Shown: positions 13,621 to 29,381, counted from the stretch's first letter. The stretch is 64,000 bases of DNA from the human T2T-CHM13v2.0 reference genome, Homo sapiens (GCF_009914755.1 NC_060936.1), one strand, 5' to 3'. Made by a program: numbers and translations. The notes: a model not told the origin generated them from the letters alone.

Positions 13621-13882
13621 TGTGAAGGCCAAGGTGCAGGCATTTTGGCGCTATTGATCTATGGCTATTTCCAGAAATGGAATCCATCGTTCAGAGGAAG
13701 TCCCGCTGTGTCATTGGGAGATGTGCCAAAGAAAATTCTGCTTCTCTCTGATGATGCCATCAACCAAGTAGTCATTCCCAATGTCCTGCAACATGGCAGC
13801 ACCCTTGGGATAAACACTTTGAAGGGGGAAACAACTGCTTTGGATGGTTGAGTTCTGAGCGGTGTTAAAAAAAGAACCAGGG

Positions 13883-14262
<380 letters not shown>

Positions 14263-14279
14263 TTAGTTCCCACCAAGCC

Positions 14280-14580
14280 CCCTTCCTTCAGCTCTCTTCG
14301 GCCGCGGCCGGCTCCTCTGCAACCAATGATGAGTCATGGCAGGGGGCTGATTTGGAAGAAACGAGGCCAGGAGACCCTTCAGCTCTTGCAAAGGAGACAC
14401 CCCATTAATCTTTAACAAATATGAAGTTCCACGAGGCCGGGCCCTCAACTAATGAGGCCTGGTTTCCCAGGGACTCCCCCGGGGAAGAGGAATTAACCAC
14501 CAGAGGTACTCGCGAGCAGGGAGTGGGTCTTCTGAATGAGGGCAGGTTTTTCCCTAGACTGACTCATCAGGGGCCACCCT
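14280..14580. promoter_or_regulatory. Candidate AP-1 enhancer
   Basis: TGAGTCA 14330-14336, TGACTCA 14560-14566, CCAAT, local CpGs. Confidence 0.4.
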
Positions 14581-15029
14581 GACAGTTCCCCATAGACTCA
14601 GGCCATATGTACCACTATTCCCTGAATATGCCTCTTTATAGACACTTGCTTTTAAAAACGACCTTACGGAGGTGTAATTGACACAGAATAAATCGTGCTT
14701 ATTTAACGTGTACAGCTGAGTAAGTTTTGATGTATTATACAACCATGAAGCCATCATCACAATCAACGCAACAAACATATCCATCACCTGCAAAAGTTTC
14801 TTCTTTGTAATTCCTCCCTCTCATTCCTCTCTTCCATCCCCAGGCAGCCACTGGTCTGCTTTCTGTCACTACAGATGAGTGTGTGCATTTTCTAAGGTTT
14901 TATATAAAAGGAATCATACTCTTTTTTTTTTTTGGTCTGTCTATAAGTGAAAGAAACTCAGCATAATGCTTTGGAGAATCATCAATGTTCATCATTGTTC
15001 ATCCCATCAATAGTTCATTTCTTTTTATT

Positions 15030-15473
<444 letters not shown>

Positions 15474-16077
15474 TAATTTTAGGATAGTTTTAGACTTAGA
15501 AAGATTGTGAAGAAAGTATAGAGACTTCCTATATAACCCCACTCAGTTTCCCTTGTTATTAACATCTTAAATGGTTCATTTGTTACAACTAATGAAACAA
15601 TGTTGAAACATTGTCATCATTAACTAAAGTCCGTACTTCACTGAGATTGCCCCAGTTTTTACCCAATGTTCTTTTTCTGTCCCAGGATCTATCCAGGATC
15701 CCACATTACATTTAGTTCTCAAGTCTCCTGAGGCTCCTCTTGGCTGTGACAGTTTCTCAGGCTTTCCTTATTTTTGATGGCCTTGACAGTTTTGAAAAGT
15801 ACTGCTCAGGTATCTGGTAGAATGTCCCTCAATTAGGGTTTGTCTGATGTTTTTCTAATGACTAGACCAGGGCTATGGGCTTCAAGGAGGAAGACCACAG
15901 AGCTGGACCGCCATTCTCATGACATCATATCAAGGGTATGTCCACTATCATCGTGATGTGCCATTGTTGGCACTAACCTTGATCACCTGCCTGAGGTTGT
16001 GTTTGTCAGGTTTCTCCACTGTAAAGTTACTCTTTTGCCACTCTTTCCGTACAGTATTCTTTGAAAAGAAGTCACTA

Positions 16078-16434
<357 letters not shown>

Positions 16435-16695
16435 TCACTTCCTTGAGGGCTGAATATCCACATAAATTGTTTGGAATTTTTTTTTTTTGCATGGAGATTT
16501 GCCTATTCTCACCCATTAACTTATTATTCAATCAGTTATTTGTTTATATCAGTATGAAAGCATGGATATTTATTTTATACTTTGAGTTATAATCCAATTC
16601 TACTCTATTAATTTTGTTGCTCAAATTGTTTCAGGTTTGGCCATTGGAAGCTCTTTCAGTTGGATACTGTATCCCTTTGACATGTTCTCATTATT

Positions 16696-16697
<2 letters not shown>

Positions 16698-16727
<30 letters not shown>

Positions 16728-16763
16728 CTGTGTGTGTGTCTGTGTGTCTGTGTGTGTCTGTGT
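16698..16763. repeat. (TG)n microsatellite
   Basis: Visible run. Confidence 0.9.
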
Positions 16764-16998
16764 TTGAGCACTTTATTACTTTCTGGTATGACAAGATGCT
16801 CAAAGCTCATTTTTTATATTTCCTTCCCCAACCCCAGAACGATCCATTTCTCCAAGGAATCCTGGTTCCTTTTATTGGAATAGTACTAAACCAAGATCTG
16901 GGCACTAAAGTGTGCTCATTGCTTCTGGGGTGTTGTGTCAAGGCCCTGTTGGCTGACAGAGCAACGAAATGTAGGCATGCATACATCTCTCTCTCTCT

Positions 16999-17310
16999 CT
17001 TTTTTTTTTTTTTGAGACAGGGTCTTACTCTGTGGCTGAGGCTAGAGTGTAGTGGTGTGATCGTAGCTCATTGCAACCTCAACCTTCTGGGCTTAAATGA
17101 TCCTCCCACCTCAGACTCCTGAGTAGCTGGGACTACAGGCATGCACCACCAGGTGTATAATAATACACCTGGCTAATTTTTTTAATTTTTTTTTAGAGAT
17201 GGGGTCTTATCATGTTTCCCAGAATGGTCTTGAACTCCCAGACTCAAGTGATCCTCCTGCTTTGGCCTCCCAAAGTGCTGGGATTACAGGCGTGAGCCAC
17301 TGTGCCTGGA
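16999..17310 (-). mobile_element. Alu (AluJ-like)
   Basis: Dimeric antisense Alu. Confidence 0.92.
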
Positions 17311-17612
17311 ATCTCTCTCTATTTTTATATGCATCTATCAGTATCTATATTAAGCTGAACATGAGTTCACACTGATGTCACCAATGCTAATGTATAATAC
17401 TTGGATCATTTAGCCTCCTCTCTTTTCTTATCTGAAACTTTTCACTCCAACAATGAGAATTCTGGCTCCTACAATCTGCCTTCCATTTACTTAATTGTTT
17501 AATTCTGGTATACATGTATAGTGGTTTCAGAATTGTTAACCCATATGCTTGTGGGAAACAAGCTTATCAACTAGAGTACTGTGCTTGCATACGGTTCCTT
17601 TTGCCTTTAGTC

Positions 17613-18049
<437 letters not shown>

Positions 18050-18566
18050 TGAAACAAATGATCCCTTCTTCATTGAATTGCCTGTACCATTGTAGAAAAT
18101 CAGTTGACTATGTTTGTGTACAATCCACTGTAAAATTAAAATTTACTTTCAGAAGAAACTTTACAGACTTACCAGCATCTCTTGCCATAAATATAAGGAG
18201 ATTTTGAAAATAAAATAGAAATGGATATTATAGTTAAATACTCTGCTGTCTGCCATGATTTTGGGGCTGGGACTGGCAGCATCATTACTGAAGGGAGGTG
18301 AGTGTATGTGTTAGAGAGGTGTTCATGTGCATCTGCTCTCTGGTCCAACAATTCAACTCCTGGGTCGATATCCAAGAGAAATGAATGCTTATTTGCTTAA
18401 AACATGTACAAAAATATTTATAGTAGCCCAAATTCCACTAACAGGGGAATAAAACAGCAAATTGTTGATGGAATGCTATATAGTTATAATATAATATTAT
18501 ATATAAATAAGTATATATTATATATTATGGTATTATTGTATAATATAGTTATTACTGCATAATACA

Positions 18567-18914
18567 TGATATGGTTTGACTGTGTCCCCACCCAAATCTC
18601 ATCTTGAATTGTAGCTCCCTTAATTCTCATGTGTTGTGGGAGGGCCTGGTGAGAGGTAATTGAATCATGGGGGCAGTTCTCCCATACTGTTCTCGTGGTA
18701 GTGAATAAGTCTCACGAGATCTGATGGTTTCATAAGGGGAAACCCCTTTCACTTGGTTCTCATCCTCTTCTCTTGTTTGCCACCATGCAAGATGTGACTT
18801 TTACCTTCTGTGTCGTGATTGTGAGGCCTCCCCAGCCACATGAAACTGTGAGTCCATTAAACCTCTTTCTTTTGTAAATTGACTTTATCAGCAGTATGAA
18901 AACAGATTAATACA
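18567..18914 (+). mobile_element. THE1 (MaLR) solo LTR
   Basis: tgatatggtttgactgtgtccccacccaaatctc...gattaataca; TG/CA ends; 5-bp flanks ataca/atata; embedded in TA-rich DNA. Confidence 0.92.
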
Positions 18915-19069
18915 ATATATATAATGTATATATTGCACTACAATATATATTATATTATATAGTATAACATATAGAATATAGTGTAATACCTATTATACTA
19001 TAGTAAATATATAATAGTAATATAGTAATAATATATAGTAATAAAAATGAATAAACTACTGATGCATGT

Positions 19070-19461
19070 TGTAGTAGGCTGTTCTTACATTGCTATAAAG
19101 AAATACCTGAGACTGGATAATTTACAAAGAAAAGAGGTTTAATTAGCTCATGGTTCTGCAGGTTGTACAGGAAGCACAGTGCTGGCATCTGCTTGGCTTC
19201 TAGGGAGGCCTCAGGAAGCTTACAGTCATGGCAGAAGGTGAGCAGTGAGCAGGCACGTCACATGGTGAAAGTAGGAGCAAGCGAGGGTGGGTCACTTTGA
19301 AATTACCAGATGTCATGATAACTCACTATCAGGAAGACAGCACCAAACCATGAGGGATCCACACCCATGATCCAAATACATTCCACCAGGCCCCAGCTCC
19401 AGCATGGGGGACTACAATTCATATTGAGATTTGGGAGGAGACAAATATCCAAACTATATCA
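19070..19461 (-). mobile_element. MST (MaLR) solo LTR
   Basis: cattgctataaagaaatacctgagactg...ccaaactatatca; interrupts an L1M fragment. Confidence 0.88.
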
Positions 19462-19664
19462 CATACAAAATGGATTAATCTCAAAAACATTACGCCAAGA
19501 TAAAGAAGCCAGAAACAGGAGTTCACCCTGTATAATTCAATTTCAATGAAGGTTTAGAACCAAAAAACCAAGTCTACATTGATTGCCATTGGGACTGATC
19601 TGGCAAGGGAGAACTTGAGACAGTATTGTGGCAGGCTGCCGGGTGGAGGTGGGATAGAGAGTGA

Positions 19665-20310
19665 TGTAATAATAACAAGGGGGAACATTTACCAAGTGTG
19701 AACTATGTGCCAGCCACTGTTTTTAAGACCTTGTGTGTATTAATTCATTTAATCTTCCCAGCAACTTCATGAGTGAGTACTGTCACTATCCCCATTTTAC
19801 AGTGAAGGAAGCTGAGGTACTAGGAGGTCAGGCCACTTCCCCAAGGTCACACAGTGAAGTCAAGAAGTAGGATTCACACATGGCCTATCAAGTTCCTGTA
19901 TTTTTCCACTCATTGTGCTGCTTCTCAAAGAAGCAAAAGGGAGACTGTTGGGGGTTAGTGGCAGAAGAAGATGGAGTTTTGGAGTCAACAAGCTCATTGG
20001 AGTCCTGAATGGGCCACTTGCTACCTGTGTGATCTTAGGCAAGTCTCTTAATTCAATTCCTCATGTGAACAATGGTGCTACCAGTCACTCCTACCATGTA
20101 GGATTTGGGGATGACCCCCAGCACATAGCCACAGCCCAATGAATGGCAGTAAGAAAACAAATCATCTACATTTCTATAGCTATGCTGGGATTGCTTTTGG
20201 AGTCATAACTAGTGAGATTACTTCTCATTTTGTGGATGTGGAAACAGAGGCTCTGAGATGAGAGGGACTTTCCCAATTCCATCTGGCTGGAATTCACAGC
20301 TCCTGGCTCC
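19665..20310. mobile_element. MIR cluster (both orientations)
   Basis: Repeated MIR core motifs. Confidence 0.7.
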
Positions 20311-20499
20311 TAGTGCAGCCTAGCACATCTCTGAGGGAAGTGGAGAAAGCAGTGAGCCAGGAGGGGCTGCAGAGAATTCTCCCATGTCACTAATGTACCC
20401 TCCAAGGTTTTCTAATAGGACAGCACATCAGAAAGAGTAGTCACAGAATGAGGTAGGAGAGATGATGTCAGATGAATAGGAGGGGAAATGGAGAGGTGT

Positions 20500-21580
20500 C
20501 TTTCATTCTTTGTTCACTTACTTATTCCTTCCTATTTATTAGGTGCCACTGCATACCAGGCATCAAGCCATGGACTGAGGAGGTAATAATCACTGCCATC
20601 ATGGAGCTTATGGTTTCAAGAGGGAAGTTGCTCAAGCAATTATACAAGTAAATGAGAAATTCTAGCTGTGGCAAAGTGTCATAGAGGTGAGAAACATGAT
20701 GCCATGAGCACCAACAACAGGAGGGTTTGACTTGGTTGAGGAGGTCAGGGATGGCTTCTTTGGGAAGGCAATACTTGAGCTAAAATCTGAAAGAAGAGTA
20801 AATATGTGGAGTAGTCATCAGGATTGTTCATAAATATTTGATTCCTTCTCTTTGTCCAGGGATATGCATGGTAGGGTTGCACTTTCCTGCCCCATTGAAC
20901 CCAAGAGTGGTCATTGCTTCAACCAGTGAAATGTGAACAGAAGCAATGGCTCACTTCCAGGCAAAAGACCTCAGAGGCAGTACACATTTTGCAATATTCT
21001 ATTTTTCCTCTATCATAGTTGCTAGCAATATTTCAGATAGTGCTTGCCCAGGGGCCTGGATCCCAGAGTGCAAATGAGAGTAAAAATGCAGGGCAGAATG
21101 CCCTGCTAAACCATGACAAACATGAAAAGTGTACAAGTAAAGGATGCAGTGATGAGTTTGCCATTCATTCAGCAAGTATTTGGAATGCCTACTGTGTCCC
21201 AGATACCAAGTCTAGCAGATTCATCCTAGATGGAGTGACCAAGGGGAGGGTGGTATCTGAGCTAGGCTTTGAAAAAGACATAGGATGTCGACTGCTTTAG
21301 AAGAAAGGGGTTGGGGAAGGCATTTCAGGCAGGATAAATATCACTTGCAAAAGTGTAGGTATATGAAAACTATCGGCTTGTTGGAGAGACAGCTGGAGGA
21401 GTAGAAACTGAAGACAGAAAAGCAGGTGGGGCAAAGCCTTGAATGCCGAGCTAAAGAACTGGGGGCCTTTCATCTGAGAGCCATAGGGAGTCACTGAAAA
21501 AGTTTGAGCTGAGGACAGTCATCATATAAGCTGTTCTTGAGGAACTGGCTAGGAAGCAATGCCCTGTGATGGCAAGGGTC
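20500..21580. mobile_element. L2 fragments with intervening MLT1 LTR (~20805-21150)
   Basis: L2 motifs; MLT1-like gcactttcctgcccc...ccagtgaaatgtgaacagaag. Confidence 0.6.
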
Positions 21581-21829
21581 AGAGAGTGCATATGGGAGCA
21601 TTTCAGCTTGGAGAACTGTTTGGAAACTGATCCTTATAAATTGCTGGGGAGGAGAAAAGAGTCCTAGAGGGCTGTGATCATTGACTTAAAATGTTCAAAA
21701 AGCTCCAAGTGGGTGGGTGAGTGAGTGGGAATCATGGGTATTCTAAGAGAGCAAAAGTGGGTTCAAAGATAGTGATGGCTGGGAGGTATATTTGTTCCAG
21801 CAAACAGAACTTCCTGACAATGATAGCAA

Positions 21830-22450
21830 CTATATTCATTTTCTTTTGCTGGCCTAACAAATTACCATAAATGTAGTGGCATAAAATGACACAAATAGAT
21901 TTTCTCATAGTTCTGTAGGTCATAGTTCAGATGGCCTTTACTCGTCCTCTGCTTAGGGTTTCACAAGGCCAGAATCAAGGTATCATCAGTGCTACATTCC
22001 TTCCTGGAGGCTCTAGGGGGGAGTCCATTAATGTAGTTGGACAAATGCAGTTCCTTGCCATTGTAGGAGTGAGGTCCTCATTTCCCTGGTGGCTGTTCAC
22101 TGAAGGATTGTATTTGCTCCTAGAGGTTGCCCACATTCCTTCCCATGCTTTCCATGTGCTCCCCTCATCCCCTCCACCACAAAAGCAGGTGGCATTTTTC
22201 TCATGCATCACTATGCTCAGGCAGGTGGAGACAAATTTGATTTCTTTTTTTGCCACATCTCCCTGACTCCAGCTAGAGAAACTTCTCTGCTCTTAATTTG
22301 TCATATAATTAGATTATACCTACCATTTGGGTAATCCAGAATAATCTCCCTTTCTTAAGGGTGAAACTTTAATTATATCTGCAAAATTCCTTTTGCCATG
22401 TATTTACACGTTCTGGAGAATAAGATGGGGGCATGATAGAATTTACTACA
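21830..22450 (-). mobile_element. MLT1 (MaLR) LTR
   Basis: aacaaattaccataaatgtagtggcataaaa...ggtaatccagaataatctccc. Confidence 0.75.
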
Positions 22451-22539
22451 GCAACACAATAAGCTGACTCAAGTTGGTAGTGAGCTCGCATTTCTGGATG
22501 GCAATAAGCATTCATTCGTTCACCAAACATCCACTGGAC

Positions 22540-23030
22540 ACTTACCCTTTTTAATGTCATTCTCCTTAAATTCCATTGTGTATGTTATTAATATGGCTGT
22601 ATATCAGCTTGTTTTTGTTAGTATTTGCCTTGTACCTCATTTTACCCTTTTAGTTGTAAGCTTTCTGTCATTTCTTTAAACAATATATAGCTAATTTTGT
22701 ATTTTAACTGACTTGAGAATCTCAATCTTTTAATGGATAAATTTAGACCCTTTACATTTATTGTAAGTTATGTGGTTATAATTATTTCTGTCATTTTATT
22801 TCTTATTTTTTGATTACTATACTTTATTATACTGTGGTGTATGTGTGTGTGTTTCTGATTACTATACTTTTTATTTTCTCTTCCCCTTTTCCCTTCTCTG
22901 CTTTCTGTTGAATTGATTGAGATCATTGATTTCCTTTTACTGTTTTGGAAGTTATATATTGGATTTTTTTTTCCTTCTAGTGATTCTACATTTAAAAAAT
23001 TCTTATTTGCTTATACTTATTTAACATCTA
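22540..23030 (-). mobile_element. Old L1M fragment
   Basis: AT-rich L1 ORF2-antisense-like sequence. Confidence 0.55.
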
Positions 23031-23577
23031 TTCAGTGCCAGCCTAGTTGCAGTTATGCCTTCAGTTGGCAATTCCATTTTGGGATCCTGGAGAAGTAACT
23101 GCTACCTTTGGAAGAAAGACAGAATGAGCTCTAGAGTCCTCTTGAGTTTAACATCTTGGGGATTTACAAGTCTGTAATTCTAAGATTTTAAAATTCGGTA
23201 ATTCTCACACTCTGTACATTTTATTCTAATATTCCATTAGTTTAATATTCTAAAATTCTGTGGTTCCCTGTTCTTAATATAATTCTGAAATTTCAAGGAC
23301 ATGAGGCACCCTATATCTAGTACTTACAAAATTAATTAGCTTACTATTCTAGAATTTTTTAATTCTAAAGATTTACTTAGGTTTTAATTAAATTAGTAGT
23401 TTAAAATTACTTAGTTAAAACTAAGGTTTTAAAATTTTCTCTTTAAAACTGAAGGTTAAAAGGAGTTTCATTTTTAAAGCTTTCTCCAGTTCTAAAATTC
23501 TGTGGTTCTAAGTCTCCTATAAAGCTAGAATTTTAGAATTTACTGGTTTAATATTATAGAAATATATCTACATATTT

Positions 23578-23858
<281 letters not shown>

Positions 23859-24714
23859 TGAATTCTATAATTTTAAGATGTTATTGTTGAGTCTTCTAAA
23901 ATAATACGGTTCTAAATGTCTCTTGAGCTAGTTTTTAAAATTCTCTTGCTCCAAGGGTCTAAGATTCAATCTTAGGTCTCTTGCAGAATCTGCATCTGGT
24001 CTCAGCCTAGGTCTCTTGCAGAATCTTGCAGAATCTCTGAGGAGGCTGAAGCCAATCAGTCTACCTTCCTCACACTTGATCCCAGTGCAACCAGCTCTGT
24101 CCCAGGTTCTCCTGGGACTGACTAGTCCAGTTCTGGATTAAAGTCAGGCTCTGGCACCTGTCCCTGGAATAGTACTTGAAGATCAGCAGTTTCACCTGGC
24201 TCCATCACAGGCCAGGTCTCCTTAAATGCAGTGAGGCCTGGTTCCCCTGGACCCATGAGCCCTCAGTAGCATGGAGGTGCTGAGCAATTTAACGAAGTGG
24301 CCGACAGTTGATTGATGATGGGTCCTTTAGAAAGTAGGACACAGGACCGATAAGTTGTGCTGAGAGTTGCTTAGATGGCAGGCTCTTGTACCTGGTGTAG
24401 ATGGAGATATGACATGTTTCTTCTACAGCCTTTCCACCTTTCCTATTTTGAAATATTGCCTGGAGCCAGTCCTTGCTAAAGGCCAATTTTCTTCTCCATC
24501 TACCTACAATTTATGGTCCTTCCAGATTGCTATCTTTGCTAGGTAACAGAGATGAGTGAACAAGGTAGGTGATCATCTTGGAGCAAATAGAGAAGTCAAA
24601 GCAATTTCTCCTCATCCTACCAATTTCTTCCTTCACATTCCTTACATCTCTTGGAGAAGGCATATCAGGCAAGAGTTTTTCAGTTGCAAAAACAGGAACC
24701 CCACTCTGTCAGTT

Positions 24715-25710
24715 AGAATTGTATTTCCTTGAAATGCAAATATAGTAGCTTAAATAAGCAAAGTGTTTACTTTTCATAGGTATTAAGAAATCCAAAGATA
24801 GGCATTGCATTTGTAATTCAGGCAGGAAAAGGGCAAAAGAGCAAAAGGGCAAAGAGCTTTCTTTTGGGGTCTTGTCTTTTTATTTGGGAATGACATTTCT
24901 CCCAAGGAGTCATTGCTGAGAACTGGGTCACATGGCCACTCAGAGCTACAAAAAAGTACAAACAAGTGTTTCAGAGAGCTGCATTGCTATATGAAATGCC
25001 AATAGCATTGGAAAGGGAAAATGAATTCTGATCGGTGACCAGCAGCATCTGCCATACCCATTAAAACTTATGTAATTGGAAAACAACTCTAGGTGTATGC
25101 AGGCTTCAGGCATAGCTGGATCCAGGGGTTCAGTGTTGCTAGATATAGTGGTTACTCTGTGTGGTTCCATTCTTGGTGGCAAAATGGCTCACAGGCTGGG
25201 TATGAACCCAGCACTATAATTCCAGCACTTTGGGAGGCCAAGGCTGGAGGATCACTTGAGCTTACAAGTTCAAGGCCAGCCTGGGCAACATAGGGAGGCC
25301 CCATCTCTATTTTAAAATAAAATAAAATAAAACAACAACAACAAACAATAACAACAAATGGCTACCAGAAGCTGCAACTGACATTACATTAGTTTAGCAA
25401 TCCCAGGAATTGAGAACACTCAATTTTGTTGTTGTTGTTGTTGCTGATAGTTCCAGCAAAAAGCCTAGACTAGAGTCTCATTGTCCTGGCTTGGATCACA
25501 TGTCCATCCCTGGATAATCCATTATGCCTGGGGACAGAGCTTGTGGTAGAAAATATACTCTGATTGGTCACAGTTGGGCAATGTCTCTCCCTTGGAGCTT
25601 CAGGGAAGGGTCAGCCCCATTGGAAACATATGGACTGAGACCAGGTGAGGATGAGGCACCACAAAGGAGAAGGGATATTGGGCAGGTAAAAGTCACTAGT
25701 TCCCACTTGG
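24715..25710 (-). mobile_element. MLT1 LTR fragments
   Basis: aactgggtcacatggccact, ggcttcaggcatagctggatccagggg. Confidence 0.6.
25194..25350 (+). mobile_element. Alu monomer (FLAM-like)
   Basis: Single left arm with A-rich tail; aaatggct on both flanks. Confidence 0.8.
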
Positions 25711-26180
25711 GGATGTGCATGTGCTTTCTTCATTATGCCAAGTCAGCATCAACAGAGGATCAGCCAAGTTATTGGACCTTGAGTCATAAGTCACAAGGTT
25801 TGGGATCCACTCATTCATTCATTCATTCATCCATCCATTCATTCATGCATCAAATAATCCTTACATTTCCTGTGTGATTCAAGCTGGCCACACTCCTTTT
25901 CAATGGCTTCAGTGTCCTTTCTGGCATAGGAGTAGATACTCCCATAAAATCCCATAATTTTTAAAAGTGTGAACCCCAGGCTCAGACACCTTTGTTTCAT
26001 TCCAGGTTCTGCCACCTCTGTGACCTTGGGCAAGCCACTTCCCCATTTGGATCTAAGTTTCCCCAGTGTCCATAATCCCACCTACTTATTGGTTGTTGTG
26101 AAGAGGGTGAATGAGATCATGAATATGACACATGTACCTGGGTCCTGGGCTATAGTTAGCACTTCCTATCTGGTGGCTAT

Positions 26181-26231
<51 letters not shown>
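26181..26231. repeat. (CAT)6(CAG)10 compound microsatellite
   Basis: Counted directly; at the 3' end of a MIR (~25970-26180). Confidence 0.95.
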
Positions 26232-26499
26232 CAACATTGTTACCTGTCTCAGGACACTGGCCAAGAATACTTTCATTGAATTGCAAAGCATCTCAATCAA
26301 AAACAAACTGCCAAATGCCAAAGCTCAGTACCCCCTGTCTACCCCTTGTCCTGCCCCAATCACCCCCCTTTTCCAGTTTTTCCTGGGCCAAGAGAAGAGT
26401 CTCCCTGTCCCAGGAGCTTTGGGGATGGCACGCTGACCCCTTCTTTAAATCCATCTCCCTCAGTGTTCCAGGCCCATCCCTATTGGAAAAAAATGACTC

Positions 26500-26690
26500 T
26501 CACAAAAGACCCCTCAGCAGCAATTATCTAAATGGGAGGCTGCGAGGGGGAGAACCATTTAGAATCCACTTCATTGCAGGATTAGCTAATTAATTAACGG
26601 TTTCACTGACAACTCGTTGGAGAAGTGTATGTTAAACAGGAGCACAGTGGGGCGTGATTTATAGACTCTGACACCCCCCCTAATCCCTGG
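26500..26690. promoter_or_regulatory. Candidate homeodomain-rich developmental enhancer
   Basis: GGATTA, TAATTAATTAA, TGATTTAT plus TGACA, TAATCC in repeat-free DNA. Confidence 0.5.
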
Positions 26691-27428
26691 CCTCTCCACC
26701 CAGGCTCCCTCTTTCCCACCCCCACCCTTCTGCTCACCCCCAGAGCAGGGAAATCTGTGGGGACCCTCTTGCAAGCTCCCTCTGGAGTTCCAGGGCTGGG
26801 CTGCTGGCCGAGGGGGACCCTATGGAGTTGACAGAAGGGCAACTGAGGAGGGGGTGGGCTGGGGAGACAGGGGACAATGAGGAGATAACAAGAGGGCTGA
26901 GGCCCCAGGGGTGGCTGCATCTGCCCCTTGCCCCCAGCCCAGAGCCCCTCCATCTGTGCCCATCCCGGCACGTGGGGCCCTGTAGGCACCTGCTGGCCAC
27001 GGCTGTTTCCTTGCTCCTAGAGTTCAGGGCTTTCCAGAGCCCCCCCACTCTCTGCTTGGAAGAGACAGCACTGTTCAGGGAGCCCAGAGACTTGGCTTTG
27101 CCTTTCTTTTGGGAAGCGGGTTTTCAGAGGACGTAAACTAGACTAGAACGAAGGGCAGGATGTCAAAACAGGGCAAGGAAAAGGAGAAGAAGCCAGAAGT
27201 GAGGACGATGGACAAGAAGCCAGTGGTAACATCCTGGACGAGGGTTTCTCAAAACACACCTCATGGGCCACCTGTGTCAACACAACTGCGGTGGCACATG
27301 AAACACACAAATGTCTGACCCAGACAGATTTCATAGCAACCCAATATCAAACCCTGGTGTGGGCGCTGGGTATCTGACTTTTAACACCCTGATTCTGAAT
27401 GCCATGGATGTTTAGGAGCCCGACTTAG

Positions 27429-27755
<327 letters not shown>

Positions 27756-28887
27756 CTAAAGGAGAACGACAAATTTGCTGTATACCGAGAGCCCACAGCA
27801 AAGCGGAGCCTGCATTCCAGCTTTGGATCCTTTCTGCTACCAACGAGGTTCTAATCTGGGCTTCAGGGGTGCTGGGGTGGATATGGGAACCTCCTGAGGC
27901 TGCAAACAAAATGTTCTGAATGTAGACAAGTATTTTTCTGGGGAGAGGGTCTGGAGCTTACATAAGGCTTAAAGAGGAACGTAACCCCAGATGAGGTTAA
28001 GCGTCTTCAAATTAGCTTCTCTGAGCTTCAATTTCTTTGGCTGCGATTCTAGAAGAATCACCTCCGTCTCACACACCATAGGGGAATGTGAGCAAAAACA
28101 CCAGCAGAGATATACATGCTCTCCAATGCAAGGCATGAGGTGCCCCAAAAGGGATCCTCTCACCCTATCCTCAGAGGGCCCCATTTCTCAGTTATTAGGG
28201 GTTCAGTCAGCAGTAACTGAGAGGAAAAGCAGGAGGGAACCTGGGCTGGGTCGTGTTACCCGGGGAAATTCTCCAAGGAGGAATGCATCACAGAGGGCTG
28301 GATGGGAGCCACCTTGCCAGGGACTCCCAGGGACAAGGGTGGATGGGAGAAGAGAAAAGGGGCCACACCTGCCAGAGCCCAGCATCGAGGCATCTGGAAG
28401 GGAAGGAAAGGAATTCATGGTGCTCTGTGTGTCTCCATTTTATAGATGTGCAAACAGAGGCATTATGAGATTAAGTGATAAAGCCAGTAAATAATGGAGT
28501 TCCATAAATGTTTGATACATTATAAACATTCAGCAAATGCTTAAATATCATAAAATATATATCAGAAGATTAGAATAGTTCCCGGCACATAGTAAGGGCT
28601 CAGTAAATGTTATTATTATGCATTATGTTTACCTATATGCATAGGCCCCACTAGATGGTTGACCCATTTACTGCTCACAATGGCCTCCTAAGGTAGCTAA
28701 TGTAATGTTCTCCACTGCACAGAGAGGAAACTGAGAAGGTAGGGGACTGACTCTCTTCTAAGGTCGCACAGCCTAACCTGCGGAGCCTGTCTCAGTGTTT
28801 CTATGTGAAAGGACAGGTTAGGGGTCCCAGCCTGGCCTCATTGAGCGCCCCAGAACCCACAGACCAGCACTGTGCTGCCAGGGCTGA

Positions 28888-29272
<385 letters not shown>

Positions 29273-29279
29273 AGCGTTT

Positions 29280-29381
29280 TATATATATACATATATATAC
29301 ACACACATATATATACACACACACACACATATATACATACACACATACATACATACATACATGCATATTATACATATATAT
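29280..29381. repeat. TA/CA/TACA compound microsatellite
   Basis: Visible run. Confidence 0.85.

Noticed and set aside
14495-14512. CTCF-like CCACCAGAGGTAC (similar words at ~28648, ~32568, ~60103)
   Set aside because: Mismatches at core positions; expected by chance in 64 kb
24200-24600. Possible ancient LINE reverse-transcriptase remnant on - (YRP-like words)
   Set aside because: Needs several frameshifts; cannot be supported without an HMM search
25969-26436. Poly-Ile/poly-Ser and poly-Ala ORFs
   Set aside because: MIR plus microsatellite read-through, not a polyQ/polyA gene
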